Below, piece after piece: positions 21,501 through 36,500 of a stretch of DNA of 64,000 nucleotides. The notes beneath the pieces were generated by a model. The model saw only the letters and a program-made list of their open reading frames with translations. It was not told where the DNA came from and did no database searches. Every line of letters begins with the position of its first letter. The first letter of the stretch is position 1. The stretch comes from Auanema rhodensis (lineage: Eukaryota > Animalia > Nematoda). The stretch lies in the NCBI GenBank assembly GCA_964057225.1, contig OZ059895.1, positions 10,230,001 through 10,294,000 on the forward strand, read 5' to 3'. Made by a program: the position numbers and the translations under genes.

Positions 21501-24500
21501 ACGTGCAACATCTTATTATCTAAGAAAACTTGAAAATTAAATGATTGAAAAAGTAAAACAGATTTTGTTAGCACAGAAACATATTAATCATATATTAAGG
21601 CGGGCTCAAGTTGCTATTTTGTTCGATTTTCATGAAAAAATAAAAATTTTAAAATGTTTATTTTTAGCCCTAGAAATACGTGCAACATCTTACTCAACTC
21701 AAAATCAACTGTTTGATAATATAAATTAGGTTTTGTGAGCATATATCCATAGTAATCATGTTTTGCGGCGGGTTCAACTTGCTATTTCGTTTGATTTTTA
21801 TGAAAAATTAAATATTCTTAATTTTTTATTTCTTGTCCTAGAAATACGTGCTACATCTCATTAAACTAAGAATTAGTTGATTGAAAAGGCAAAACAAATT
21901 TGTTAACACAGAACCATATTAATCATATTTTCCGGCGGGCTAAAGTTGCTATTTTGTTCGATTTTCATGAAAAAATAAAAATTTTAAAATGTTTATTTTT
22001 AGCCTCAGAAATACGTGCAACATCTTATTATCTAAGAAAATTTGAAAATTAAATAATTGAAAAAGTAAAACCGATTTTGTTAGCCCAGAAACATATTAAT
22101 CATATTTTAAGGCGGGCTCAAGTTGCTATTTTGTTCGATTTTCATGAAAAAATAAAAATTTTAAAATGTTTATTTTTAGCCCTAGAAATACGTGCAACAT
22201 CTTACTCAACTCAAAATCAACTGTTTGATAACATAAATTAGGTTTTGTGAGCATATATCCATAGCAATCATGTTTTGCGGCGGGTTCAACTTGCTATTTC
22301 GTTTGATTTTTATGAAAAATTAAATATTCTAAAAATTTTATTTCTTGTCCTAGAAATACGTGCTACATCTCATTAAACTGAGAATTAGTTGATTGAGAAG
22401 GCAAAACAAATTTTGTTAGCACAGAACCATATTAATCATATTTTCCGGCGGGCTCAAGTTGCTATTTTGCTCGATTTTCATGAAAAAATAAAAATTTTAA
22501 AATGTTTATTTTTAGCCCTAGAAATACGTGCAACATCTTACTCAACTCAAAATCAACTGTTTGATAATATAAATTAGATTTTGTGAGCATATATCCATAG
22601 TGATCATGTTTTGCGGCGGGTTCAACTTGCTATTTCGTTTGATTTTTATGAAAAATTAAATATTCTAAAAATTTTATTTCTTGTCCTAGAAATACGTGCT
22701 ACATCTCTTTAAACTAAGAATTAGTTGATTGAGAAGGAAAAACAAATTTTGTTAGCACAGAACCATATTAATCATATTTTCCGGCGGGCTTAAGTTGCTA
22801 TTTTGTTCAATTTTCATGAAAAAATAAAAATTTTTAAATGTTTATTTTTAGCCCTAGAAATACGTGCAACATCTTATTATCTAAGAAAATTTGAAAATTA
22901 AATAATTGAAAAAGTAAAACAGATTTTGTTAGCACAGAAACATATTGATCATATTTTAAGGCGGGCTCAAGTTGCTATTTTGTTCGATTTTCATGAAAAA
23001 ATAAAAATTTTAAAATGTTTATTTTTAGCCCTAGAAATACGTGCAACATCTTACTCAACTCAAAATCAACTGTTTGATAATATAAATTAGGTTTTGTGAG
23101 CATATATCCATAGTAATCATGTTTTGCGGCGGGTTCAACTTGCTATTTCGTTTGATTTTTATGAAAAATTAAATATTCTAAAAATTTTATTTCTTGTCCT
23201 AGAAATACGTGCTACATCTCTTTAAACTAAGAATTAGTTGATTGAGAAGGCAAAACAAATTTTGTTAGCACAGAACCATATTAATCATATTTTCCGGCGG
23301 GCTTAAGTTGCTATTTTGTTCGATTTTCATGAAAAAATAAAAATTTTTAAATGTTTATTTTTAGCCCTAGAAATACGTGCAACATCTTACTCAACTCAAA
23401 ATCAACTGTTTGATAATATAAATTAGGTTTTGTGAGCATATAACCATAGTAATCATGTTTTGCGGCGGGTTCAACTTGCTATTTCGTTTGATTTTTATGA
23501 AAAATTAAATATTCTAAAACTTTTATTTCTTGTCCTAGAAATACGTGCAACATCTTACTCAACTCAAAATCAACTGTTTGATAATATAAATTAGGTTTTG
23601 TGAGCATATATCCATAGTTATCATGTTTTGCGGCGGGTTCAACTTGCTATTTCGTTTGATTTTTATGAAAAATTAAATATTCTAAAAATTTTATTTCTTG
23701 TCCTAGAAATACGTGCTACATCTCATTAAACTAAGAATTAGTTGATTGAGGAGGCAAAACAGATTTTGTTAGCACAGAAACATATTAATCATATTTTAAG
23801 GCGGGCACAAGTTGCTATTTTGTTCGATTTTCATGAAAAAATGAAAACTTTAAAATGTTTATTTTCAGCCCTAGAAATACGTGCAACATCTTACTCAACT
23901 CAAAACTAACTGTTTGATGATATAAAATAGGTTTTGTGAGCATATATCCATAGTAATCATGTTTTGCGGCGGGTTCAACTTGCTATTTCGTTTGATTTTT
24001 ATGAAAAATTAAATATTCTAAAACTTTTATTTCTTGTCCTAGAAATACGTGCTACATCTTATTAAACTAAGAATTAGTTGATTGAGAAGGCAAAACAAAT
24101 TTTGTTAGCACAGAACCATATTAATCATATTTTCCGGCGGGCTCAAGTTGCTATTTTGTTCGATTTTCATGAAAAAATAAAAATTTTAAAATGTTTATTT
24201 TTAGCCTTAGAATTACGTGCAACATCTTATTATCTAAGAAAATTTGAAAATTAAATAATTGAAAAAGTAAAACAGATTTTGTTAGCACAGAAACATATTG
24301 ATCAAATTTTAAGGCGGGCTCAAGTTGCTATTTTGTTCGATTTTCATGAAAAAATAAAAATTTTAAAATGTTTATTTTTAGCCCTAGAAATACGTGCAAC
24401 ATCTTACTCAACTCAAAATCAACTGTTTGATAATATAAATTAGGTTCTGTGAGCATATATCCATAGTAATCATGTTTTGCGGCGGGTTCAACTTGCTATT

Positions 24501-27500
24501 TCGTTTGATTTTTATGAAAAATTAAATATTCTAAAACTTTTATTTCTTGTCCTAGAAATACGTGCTACATCTTATTAAACTAAGAATTAGTTGATTGAGA
24601 AGGCAAAACAAATTTTGTTAGCACAGAACCATATTAATCATATTTTCCGGCGGGCTCAAGTTGCTATTTTGTTCGATTTTCATGAAAAAATAAAAATTTT
24701 AAAATGTTTATTTTTAGCCCTAGAAATACGTGCAACATCTTACTCAACTCAAAATCAACTGTTTGATAATATAAATTAGGTTCTGTGAGCATATATCCAT
24801 AGTAATCATGTTTTGCGGCGGGTTCAACTTGCTATTTCGTTTGATTTTTATGAAAAATTAAATATTCTAAAACTTTTATTTCTTGTCTTAGAAAAACGTG
24901 CTACATCTCATTAAACTAAGAATTAGTTGATTGAAAAGGCAAAACAAATTTTGTTAGCACAGAACCATATTAATCATATTTTCCGGCGGGTTCAAGTTGC
25001 TATTTTGTTCGATTTTCGTGAAAAAATAAAATTTTTAAAATGTTTATTTTTAGCCCTAGAAATACGTGCAACATCTTACTCAACTCAAAATCAACTGTTT
25101 GATAATATAACTTAGGTTTTGTGAGCATATATCCATAGTAATCATGTTTTGCGGCGGGTTCAACTTGCTATTTCGTTTGATTTTTATGAAAAATTAAATA
25201 TTCTAAAACTTTTATTTCTTGTCTTAGAAAAACGTGCTACATCTCATTAAACTAAGAATTAGTTGATTGAAAAGGCAAAACAAATTTTGTTAGCACAGAA
25301 CCATATTAATCATATTTTAAGGCGGGCTCAAGTTGCTATTTTGTTCGATTTTCGTGAAAAAATAAAATTTTTAAAATGTTTATTTTTAGCCCTAGAAATA
25401 CGTGCAACATCTTACTCAACTCAAAATCAACTGTTTGATAATATAAATTAGGTTTTGTGAGCATATATCCATAGTAATCATGTTTTGCGGCGGGTTCAAC
25501 TTGCTATTTCGTTTGATTTTTATGAAAAATTAAATATTCTAAAACTTTTATTTCTTGTCCTAGAAATACGTGCAACATCTTACTCAACTCAAAATCAACT
25601 GTTTGATAATATAAATTAGGTTTTGTGAGCATATATCCATAGTTATCATGTTTTGCGGCGGGTTCAACTTGCTATTTCGTTTGATTTTTATGAAAAATTA
25701 AATATTCTAAAAATTTTATTTCTTGTCCTAGAAATACGTGCTACATCTCATTAAACTAAGAATTAGTTGATTGAGGAGGCAAAACAGATTTTGTTAGCAC
25801 AGAAACATATTAATCATATTTTAAGGCGGGCTCAAGTTGCTATTTTGTTCGATTTTCATGAAAAAATAAAAACTTTAAAATGTTTATTTTCAGCCCTAGA
25901 AATACGTGCAACATCTTACTCAACTCAAAACTAACTGTTTGATGATATAAATTAGGTTTTGTGAGCATATATCCATAGTAATCATGTTTTGCGGCGGGTT
26001 CAACTTGCTATTTCGTTTGATTTTTATGAAAAATTAAATATTCTAAAACTTTTATTTCTTGTCCTAGAAATACGTGCTACATCTTATTAAACTAAGAATT
26101 AGTTGATTGAGAAGGCAAAACAAATTTTGTTAGCACAGAACCATATTAATCATATTTTCCGGCGGGCTCAAGTTGCTATTTTGTTCGATTTTCATGAAAA
26201 AATAAAAATTTTAAAATGTTTATTTTTAGCCTTAGAATTACGTGCAACATCTTATTATCTAAGAAAATTTGAAAATTAAATAATTGAAAAAGTAAAACAG
26301 ATTTTGTTAGCACAGAAACATATTGATCAAATTTTAAGGCGGGCTCAAGTTGCTATTTTGTTCGATTTTCATGAAAAAATAAAAATTTTAAAATGTTTAT
26401 TTTTAGCCCTAGAAATACGTGCAACATCTTACTCAACTCAAAATCAACTGTTTGATAATAAAAATTAGGTTCTGTGAGCATATATCCATAGTAATCATGT
26501 TTTGCGGCGGGTTCAACTTGCTATTTCGTTTGATTTTTATGAAAAATTAAATATTCTAAAACTTTTATTTCTTGTCTTAGAAAAACGTGCTACATCTCAT
26601 TAAACTAAGAATTAGTTGATTGAAAAGGCAAAACAAATTTTGTTAGCACAGAACCATATTAATCATATTTTCCGGCGGGTTCAAGTTGCTATTTTGTTCG
26701 ATTTTCATGAAAAAATAAAATTTTTAAAATGTTTATTTTTAGCCCTAGAAATACGTGCAACATCTTACTCAACTCAAAATCAACTGTTTGATAATATAAA
26801 TTAGGTTTTGTGAGCATATATCCATAGTAATCATGTTTTGCGGCGGGTTCAACTTGCTATTTCGTTTGATTTTTATGAAAAATTAAATATTCTAAAACTT
26901 TTATTTCTTGTCTTAGAAAAACGTGCTACATCTCATTAAACTAAGAATTAGTTGATTGAAAAGGCAAAACAAATTTTGTTAGCACAGAACCATATTAATC
27001 ATATTTTCCGGCGGGCTCAAGTTGCTATTTTGTTCGATTTTCATGAAAAAATAAAAATTTTAAAATGTTTATTTTTAGCCCTAGAAATACGTGCAACATC
27101 TTATTATCTAAGAAAATTTGAAAATTAAATAATTGAAAAAGTAAAACAGATTTTGTTAGCACAGAAACATATTAATCATATTTTAAGGCGGGCTCAAGTT
27201 GCTATTTTGTTCGATTTTCATGAAAAAATAAAAATTTTAAAATGTTTATTTTTAGCCCTAGAAATACGTGCAACATCTTATTATCTAAGAAAATTTGAAA
27301 ATTAAATAATTGAAAAAGTAAAACAGATTTTGTTAGCACAGAAACATATTAATCATATTTTAAGGCGGGGTCAAGTTGCTATTTTGTTCGATTTTCATGA
27401 AAAAATAAAAATTTTAAAATGTTTATTTTTAGCCCTAGAAATACGTGCAACATCTTATTATCTAAGAAAATTTGAAAATTAAATAATTGAAAAAGTAAAA

Positions 27501-30500
27501 CAGATTTTGTTAGCACAGAAACATATTAATCATATTTTAAGGCGGGCTCAAGTTGCTATTTTGTTCGATTTTCATGAAAAAATAAAAATTTTAAAATGTT
27601 TATTTTTAGCCCTAGAAATACGTGCAACATCTTACTCAACTCAAAATCAACTGTTTGATAATATAAATTAGGTTCTGTGAGCATATATCCAGAGTAATCC
27701 TGTTTTGCGGCGGGTTCAACTTGCTATTTCGTTTGATTTTTATGAAAAATTAAATATTCTAAAAATTTTATTTCTTGTCCTAGAAATACGTGCTACAACT
27801 TATTATCTAAGAAAACTTGAAAATTAAATGATTGAAAAAGTAAAACAAATTTTGTTAGCACAGAACCATATTAATCATATTTTAAGGCGGGCTCAAGTTG
27901 CTATTTTGTTCGATTTTCATGAAAAAATAAAAATTTTAAAATGTTTATTTTTAGCCCTAGAAATACGTGCAACATCTTACTCAACTCAAAATCAACTGTT
28001 TAATAATATAATTTAGGTTTTGTGAGCATATATCCATAGTAATCATGTTTTGCGGCGGGTTCAACTTGCTATTTCGTTTGATTTTTATGAAAAATTAAAT
28101 ATTCTAAAAATTTTATTTCTTGTTCTAGAAATACGTGCTACATCTCATTAAACTAAGAATTAGTTGATTGAAAAGGCAAAACAAATTTTGTTAGCACAGA
28201 ACCATATTAATCATATTTTCCGGCGGGCTCAAGTTGCTATTTTGTTCGATTTTCATGAAAAAATAAAAATTTTAAAATGTTTATTTTTAGCCCTAGAAAT
28301 ACGTGCAACATCTTACTCAACTCAAAATCAACTGTTTAATAATATAATTTAGGTTTTGTGAGCATATATCCATAGTAATCATGTTTTGCGGCGGGTTCAA
28401 CTTGCTATTTCGTTTGATTTTTATGAAAAATTAAATATTCTAAAACTTTTATTTCTTGTCCTAGAAATACGTGCTACATCTCATTAAACTAAGAATTAGT
28501 TGATTGAAAAGGCAAAACAAATTTTGTTAGCACAGAACCATATTAATCATATTTTCCGGCGGGCTCAAGTTGCTATTTTGTTCGATTTTCATGAAAAAAT
28601 AAAAATTTTAAAATGTTTATTTTTAGCCCTAGAAATACGTGCAACATCTTATTATCTAAGAAAATTTGAAAATTAAATAATTGAAAAAGTAAAACAGATT
28701 TTGTTAGCACAGAAACATATTAATCATATTTTAAGGCGGGCTCAAGTTGCTATTTTGTTCGATTTTCATGAAAAAATAAAAATTTTAAAATGTTTATTTT
28801 TAGCCCTAGAAATACGTGCAACATCTTACTCAACTCAAAATCAACTGTTTGATAATATAAATTAGGTTTTGTGAGCATATATCCATAGCAATCATGTTTT
28901 GCGGCGGGTTCAACTTGCTATTTCGTTTGATTTTTATGAAAAATTAAATATTCTAAAAATTTTATTTCTTGTCCTAGAAATACGTGCTACATCTCATTAA
29001 ACTAAGAATTAGTTGATTGAGGAGGCAAAACAAATTTTGTTAGCACAGAACCATATTAATCATATTTTAAGGCGGGCTCAAGTTGCTATTTTGTTCGACT
29101 TTCATGAAAAAATAAAAATTTTAAAATGTTTATTTTTAGCCCTAGAAATACGTGCAACATCTTACTCAACTCAAAATCAACTGTTTAATAATATAATTTA
29201 GGTTTTGTGAGCATATATCCATAGTAATCATGTTTTGCGGCGGGTTCAACTTGCTATTTCGTTTGATTTTTATGAAAAATTAAATATTCTAAAAATTTTA
29301 TTTCTTGTTCTAGAAATACGTGCTACATCTCATTAAACTAAGAATTAGTTGATTGAAAAGGCAAAACAAATTTTGTTAGCACAGAACCATATTAATCATA
29401 TTTTCCGGCGGGCTCAAGTTGCTATTTTGTTCGATTTTCATGAAAAAATAAAAATTTTAAAATGTTTATTTTTAGCCCTAGAAATACGTGCAACATCTTA
29501 TTATCTAAGAAAATTTGAAAATTAAATAATTGAAAAAGTAAAACAAATTTTGTTAGCACAGAACCATATTAATCATATTTTAAGGCGGGCTCAAGTTGCT
29601 ATTTTGTTCGATTTTCATGAAAAAATAAAAATTTTAAAATGTTTATTTTTAGCCCTAGAAATACGTGCAACATCTTACTCAACTCAAAATCAACTGTTTA
29701 ATAATATAATTTAGGTTTTGTGAGCATATATCCATAGTAATCATGTTTTGCGGCGGGTTCAACTTGCTATTTCGTTTGATTTTTATGAAAAATTAAATAT
29801 TCTAAAACTTTTATTTCTTGTCCTAGAAATACGTGCAACATCTTACTCAACTCAAAATCAACTGTTTGATAATATAAATTAGGTTTTGTGAGCATATATC
29901 CATAGTTATCATGTTTTGCGGCGGGTTCAACTTGCTATTTCGTTTGATTTTTATGAAAAATTAAATATTCTAAAAATTTTATTTCTTGTCCTAGAAATAC
30001 GTGCTACATCTCATTAAACTAAGAATTAGTTGATTGAGGAGGCAAAACAGATTTTGTTAGCACAGAAACATATTAATCATATTTTAAGGCGGGCTCAAGT
30101 TGCTATTTTGTTCGATTTTCATGAAAAAATAAAAACTTTAAAATGTTTATTTTCAGCCCTAGAAATACGTGCAACATCTTACTCAACTCAAAACTAACTG
30201 TTTGATGATATAAATTAGGTTTTGTGAGCATATATCCATAGTAATCATGTTTTGCGGCGGGTTCAACTTGCTATTTCGTTTGATTTTTATGAAAAATTAA
30301 ATATTCTAAAACTTTTATTTCTTGTCCTAGAAATACGTGCTACATCTTATTAAACTAAGAATTAGTTGATTGAGAAGGCAAAACAAATTTTGTTAGCACA
30401 GAACCATATTAATCATATTTTCCGGCGGGCTCAAGTTGCTATTTTGTTCGATTTTCATGAAAAACTAAAAATTTTAAAATGTTTATTTTTAGCCTTAGAA

Positions 30501-33500
30501 TTACGTGCAACATCTTATTATCTAAGAAAATTTGAAAATTAAATAATTGAAAAAGTAAAACAGATTTTGTTAGCACAGAAACATATTGATCAAATTTTAA
30601 GGCGGGCTCAAGTTGCTATTTTGTTCGATTTTCATGAAAAAATAAAAATTTTAAAATGTTTATTTTTAGCCCTAGAAATACGTGCAACATCTTACTCAAC
30701 TCAAAATCAACTGTTTGATAATAAAAATTAGGTTCTGTGAGCATATATCCATAGTAATCATGTTTTGCGGCGGGTTCAACTTGCTATTTCGTTTGATTTT
30801 TATGAAAAATTAAATATTCTAAAACTTTTATTTCTTGTCTTAGAAAAACGTGCTACATCTCATTAAACTAAGAATTAGTTGATTGAAAAGGCAAAACAAA
30901 TTTTGTTAGCACAGAACCATATTAATCATATTTTCCGGCGGGTTCAAGTTGCTATTTTGTTCGATTTTCATGAAAAAATAAAATTTTTAAAATGTTTATT
31001 TTTAGCCCTAGAAATACGTGCAACATCTTACTCAACTCAAAATCAACTGTTTGATAATATAAATTAGGTTTTGTGAGCATATATCCATAGTAATCATGTT
31101 TTGCGGCGGGTTCAACTTGCTATTTCGTTTGATTTTTATGAAAAATTAAATATTCTAAAACTTTTATTTCTTGTCTTAGAAAAACGTGCTACATCTCATT
31201 AAACTAAGAATTAGTTGATTGAAAAGGCAAAACAAATTTTGTTAGCACAGAACCATATTAATCATATTTTCCGGCGGGCTCAAGTTGCTATTTTGTTCGA
31301 TTTTCATGAAAAAATAAAAATTTTAAAATGTTTATTTTTAGCCCTAGAAATACGTGCAACATCTTATTATCTAAGAAAATTTGAAAATTAAATAATTGAA
31401 AAAGTAAAACAGATTTTGTTAGCACAGAAACATATTAATCATATTTTAAGGCGGGCTCAAGTTGCTATTTTGTTCGATTTTCATGAAAAAATAAAAATTT
31501 TAAAATGTTTATTTTTAGCCCTAGAAATACGTGCAACATCTTATTATCTAAGAAAATTTGAAAATTAAATAATTGAAAAAGTAAAACAGATTTTGTTAGC
31601 ACAGAAACATATTAATCATATTTTAAGGCGGGGTCAAGTTGCTATTTTGTTCGATTTTCATGAAAAAATAAAAATTTTAAAATGTTTATTTTTAGCCCTA
31701 GAAATACGTGCAACATCTTATTATCTAAGAAAATTTGAAAATTAAATAATTGAAAAAGTAAAACAGATTTTGTTAGCACAGAAACATATTAATCATATTT
31801 TAAGGCGGGCTCAAGTTGCTATTTTGTTCGATTTTCATGAAAAAATAAAAATTTTAAAATGTTTATTTTTAGCCCTAGAAATACGTGCAACATCTTACTC
31901 AACTCAAAATCAACTGTTTGATAATATAAATTAGGTTCTGTGAGCATATATCCAGAGTAATCCTGTTTTGCGGCGGGTTCAACTTGCTATTTCGTTTGAT
32001 TTTTATGAAAAATTAAATATTCTAAAAATTTTATTTCTTGTCCTAGAAATACGTGCTACAACTTATTATCTAAGAAAACTTGAAAATTAAATGATTGAAA
32101 AAGTAAAACAAATTTTGTTAGCACAGAACCATATTAATCATATTTTAAGGCGGGCTCAAGTTGCTATTTTGTTCGATTTTCATGAAAAAATAAAAATTTT
32201 AAAATGTTTATTTTTAGCCCTAGAAATACGTGCAACATCTTACTCAACTCAAAATCAACTGTTTAATAATATAATTTAGGTTTTGTGAGCATATATCCAT
32301 AGTAATCATGTTTTGCGGCGGGTTCAACTTGCTATTTCGTTTGATTTTTATGAAAAATTAAATATTCTAAAAATTTTATTTCTTGTTCTAGAAATACGTG
32401 CTACATCTCATTAAACTAAGAATTAGTTGATTGAAAAGGCAAAACAAATTTTGTTAGCACAGAACCATATTAATCATATTTTCCGGCGGGCTCAAGTTGC
32501 TATTTTGTTCGATTTTCATGAAAAAATAAAAATTTTAAAATGTTTATTTTTAGCCCTAGAAATACGTGCAACATCTTACTCAACTCAAAATCAACTGTTT
32601 AATAATATAATTTAGGTTTTGTGAGCATATATCCATAGTAATCATGTTTTGCGGCGGGTTCAACTTGCTATTTCGTTTGATTTTTATGAAAAATTAAATA
32701 TTCTAAAACTTTTATTTCTTGTCCTAGAAATACGTGCTACATCTCATTAAACTAAGAATTAGTTGATTGAAAAGGCAAAACAAATTTTGTTAGCACAGAA
32801 CCATATTAATCATATTTTCCGGCGGGCTCAAGTTGCTATTTTGTTCGATTTTCATGAAAAAATAAAAATTTTAAAATGTTTATTTTTAGCCCTAGAAATA
32901 CGTGCAACATCTTATTATCTAAGAAAATTTGAAAATTAAATAATTGAAAAAGTAAAACAGATTTTGTTAGCACAGAAACATATTAATCATATTTTAAGGC
33001 GGGCTCAAGTTGCTATTTTGTTCGATTTTCATGAAAAAATAAAAATTTTAAAATGTTTATTTTTAGCCCTAGAAATACGTGCAACATCTTACTCAACTCA
33101 AAATCAACTGTTTGATAATATAAATTAGGTTTTGTGAGCATATATCCATAGCAATCATGTTTTGCGGCGGGTTCAACTTGCTATTTCGTTTGATTTTTAT
33201 GAAAAATTAAATATTCTAAAAATTTTATTTCTTGTCCTAGAAATACGTGCTACATCTCATTAAACTAAGAATTAGTTGATTGAGGAGGCAAAACAAATTT
33301 TGTTAGCACAGAACCATATTAATCATATTTTAAGGCGGGCTCAAGTTGCTATTTTGTTCGACTTTCATGAAAAAATAAAAATTTTAAAATGTTTATTTTT
33401 AGCCCTAGAAATACGTGCAACATCTTACTCAACTCAAAATCAACTGTTTAATAATATAATTTAGGTTTTGTGAGCATATATCCATAGTAATCATGTTTTG

Positions 33501-36500
33501 CGGCGGGTTCAACTTGCTATTTCGTTTGATTTTTATGAAAAATTAAATATTCTAAAAATTTTATTTCTTGTTCTAGAAATACGTGCTACATCTCATTAAA
33601 CTAAGAATTAGTTGATTGAAAAGGCAAAACAAATTTTGTTAGCACAGAACCATATTAATCATATTTTCCGGCGGGCTCAAGTTGCTATTTTGTTCGATTT
33701 TCATGAAAAAATAAAAATTTTAAAATGTTTATTTTTAGCCCTAGAAATACGTGCAACATCTTATTATCTAAGAAAATTTGAAAATTAAATAATTGAAAAA
33801 GTAAAACAAATTTTGTTAGCACAGAACCATATTAATCATATTTTAAGGCGGGCTCAAGTTGCTATTTTGTTCGATTTTCATGAAAAAATAAAAATTTTAA
33901 AATGTTTATTTTTAGCCCTAGAAATACGTGCAACATCTTACTCAACTCAAAATCAACTGTTTAATAATATAATTTAGGTTTTGTGAGCATATATCCATAG
34001 TAATCATGTTTTGCGGCGGGTTCAACTTGCTATTTCGTTTGATTTTTATGAAAAATTAAATATTCTAAAAATTTTATTTCTTGTCCTAGAAATACGTGCT
34101 ACATCTTATTAAACTAAGAATTAGTTGATTGAGGAGGCAAAACAAATTTTGTTAGCACAGAACCATATTAATCATATTTTAAGGCGGGCTCAAGTTGCTA
34201 TTTTGTTCGATTTTCATGAAAAAATAAAAATTTTAAAATGTTTATTTTTAGCCCTAGAAATACGTGCAACATCTTACTCAACTCAAAATCAACTGTTTAA
34301 TAATATAATTTAGGTTTTGTGAGCATATATCCATAGTAATCATGTTTTGCGGCGGGTTCAACTTGCTATTTCGTTTGATTTTTATGAAAAATTAAATATT
34401 CTAAAACTTTTATTTCTTGTCCTAGAAATACGTGCTACATCTCATTAAACTAAGAATTAGTTGATTGAGGAGGCAAAACAAATTTTGTTAGCACAGAACC
34501 ATATTAATCATATTTTAAGGCGGGCTCAAGTTGCTATTTTGTTCGATTTTCATAGAAAAATAAAAATTTTAAAATGTTTATTTTTAGCCCTAGAAATACG
34601 TGCAACATCTTATTATCTAAGAAAATTTGAAAATTAAATAATTGAAAGAGTAAAACAGATTTTGTTAGCACAGAAACATATTAATCATATTTTAAGGCGG
34701 GCTCAAGTTGCTATTTTGTTCGATTTTCATAGAAAAATAAAAATTTTAAAATGTTTATTTTTAGCCCTAGAAATACGTGCAACATCTTACTCAACTCAAA
34801 ATCAACTGTTTGATAATATAAACTAGGTTTTGTGAGCATATATCCATAGTAATCATGTTTTGCGGCGGGTTCAACTTGCTATTTCGTTTGATTTTTATGA
34901 AAAATTAAATATTCTAAAAATTTTATTTCTTGTCCTAGAAATACGTGCTACATCTCATTAAACTAAGAATTAGTTGATTGAGGAGGCAAAACAAATTTTG
35001 TTAGCACAGAACCATATTAATCATATTTTCCGGCGGGCTCAAGTTGCTATTTTGTTCGATTTTCATGAAAAAATAAAAATTTTAAAATGTTTATTTTTAG
35101 CCCTAGAAATACGTGCAACATCTTACTCAACTCAAAATCAACTGTTTGATAATATAAATTAGGTTTTGTGAGCATATATCCATAGTAATCATGTTTTGCG
35201 GCGGGTTCAACTTGCTATTTCGTTTGATTTTTATGAAAAATTAAATATTCTAAAAATTTTATTTCTTGTCCTAGAAATACGTGCTACATCTCATTAAACT
35301 AAGAATTAGTTGATTGAAAAGGCAAAACAAATTTTGTTAGCACAGAACCATATTAATCATATTTTCCGGCGGGCTCAAGTTGCTATTTTGTTCGATTTTC
35401 ATGAAAAAATAAAAATTTTAAAATGTTTATTTTTAGCCCTAGAAATACGTGCAACATCTTATTATCTAAGAGAATTTGAAAATTAAATAATTGAAAAAGT
35501 AAAACAGATTTTGTTAGCACAGAAACATATTAATCATATTTTAAGGCGGGCTCAAGTTGCTATTTTGTTCGATTTTCATAGAAAAATAAAAATTTTAAAA
35601 TGTTTATTTTTAGCCCTAGAAATACGTGCAACATCTTACTCAACTCAAAATCAACTGTTTAATAATATAATTTAGGTTTTGTGAGCATATATCCATAGTA
35701 ATCATGTTTTGCGGCGGGTTCAACTTGCTATTTCGTTTGATTTTTATGAAAAATTAAATATTCTAAAACTTTTATTTCTTGTCCTAGAAATACGTGCTAC
35801 ATCTCATTAAACTAAGAATTAGTTGATTGAGGAGGCAAAACAAATTTTGTTAGCACAGAACCATATTAATCATATTTTAAGGAGGGCTCAAGTTGCTATT
35901 TTGTTCGATTTTCATGAAAAAATAAAAATTTTAAAATGTTTATTTTTAGCCCTAGAAATACGTGCAACATCTTACTCAACTCAAAATCAACTGTTTGATA
36001 ATATAAATTAGGTTTTGTGAGCATATATCCATAGTAATCATGTTTTGCGGCGGGTTCAACTTCCTATTTCGTTTGATTTTTATGAAAAATTAAATATTCT
36101 AAAACTTTTATTTCTTGTCCTAGAAAAACGTGCTACATCTCATTAAACTAAGAATTAGTTGATTGAAAAGGCAAAACAAATTTTGTTAGCACAGAACCAT
36201 ATTAATCATATTTTCCGGCGGGCTCAAGTTGCTATTTTGTTCGATTTTCATGAAAAAATAAAAATTTTAAAATGTTTATTTTTAGCCCTAGAAATACGTG
36301 CAACATCTTATTATCTAAGAAAATTTGAAAATTAAATAATTGAAAGAGTAAAACAGATTTTGTTAGCACAGAAACATATTAATCATATTTTAAGGCGGGC
36401 TCAAGTTGCTATTTTGTTCGATTTTCATAGAAAAATAAAAATTTTAAAATGTTTATTTTTAGCCCTAGAAATACGTGCAACATCTTACTCAACTCAAAAT

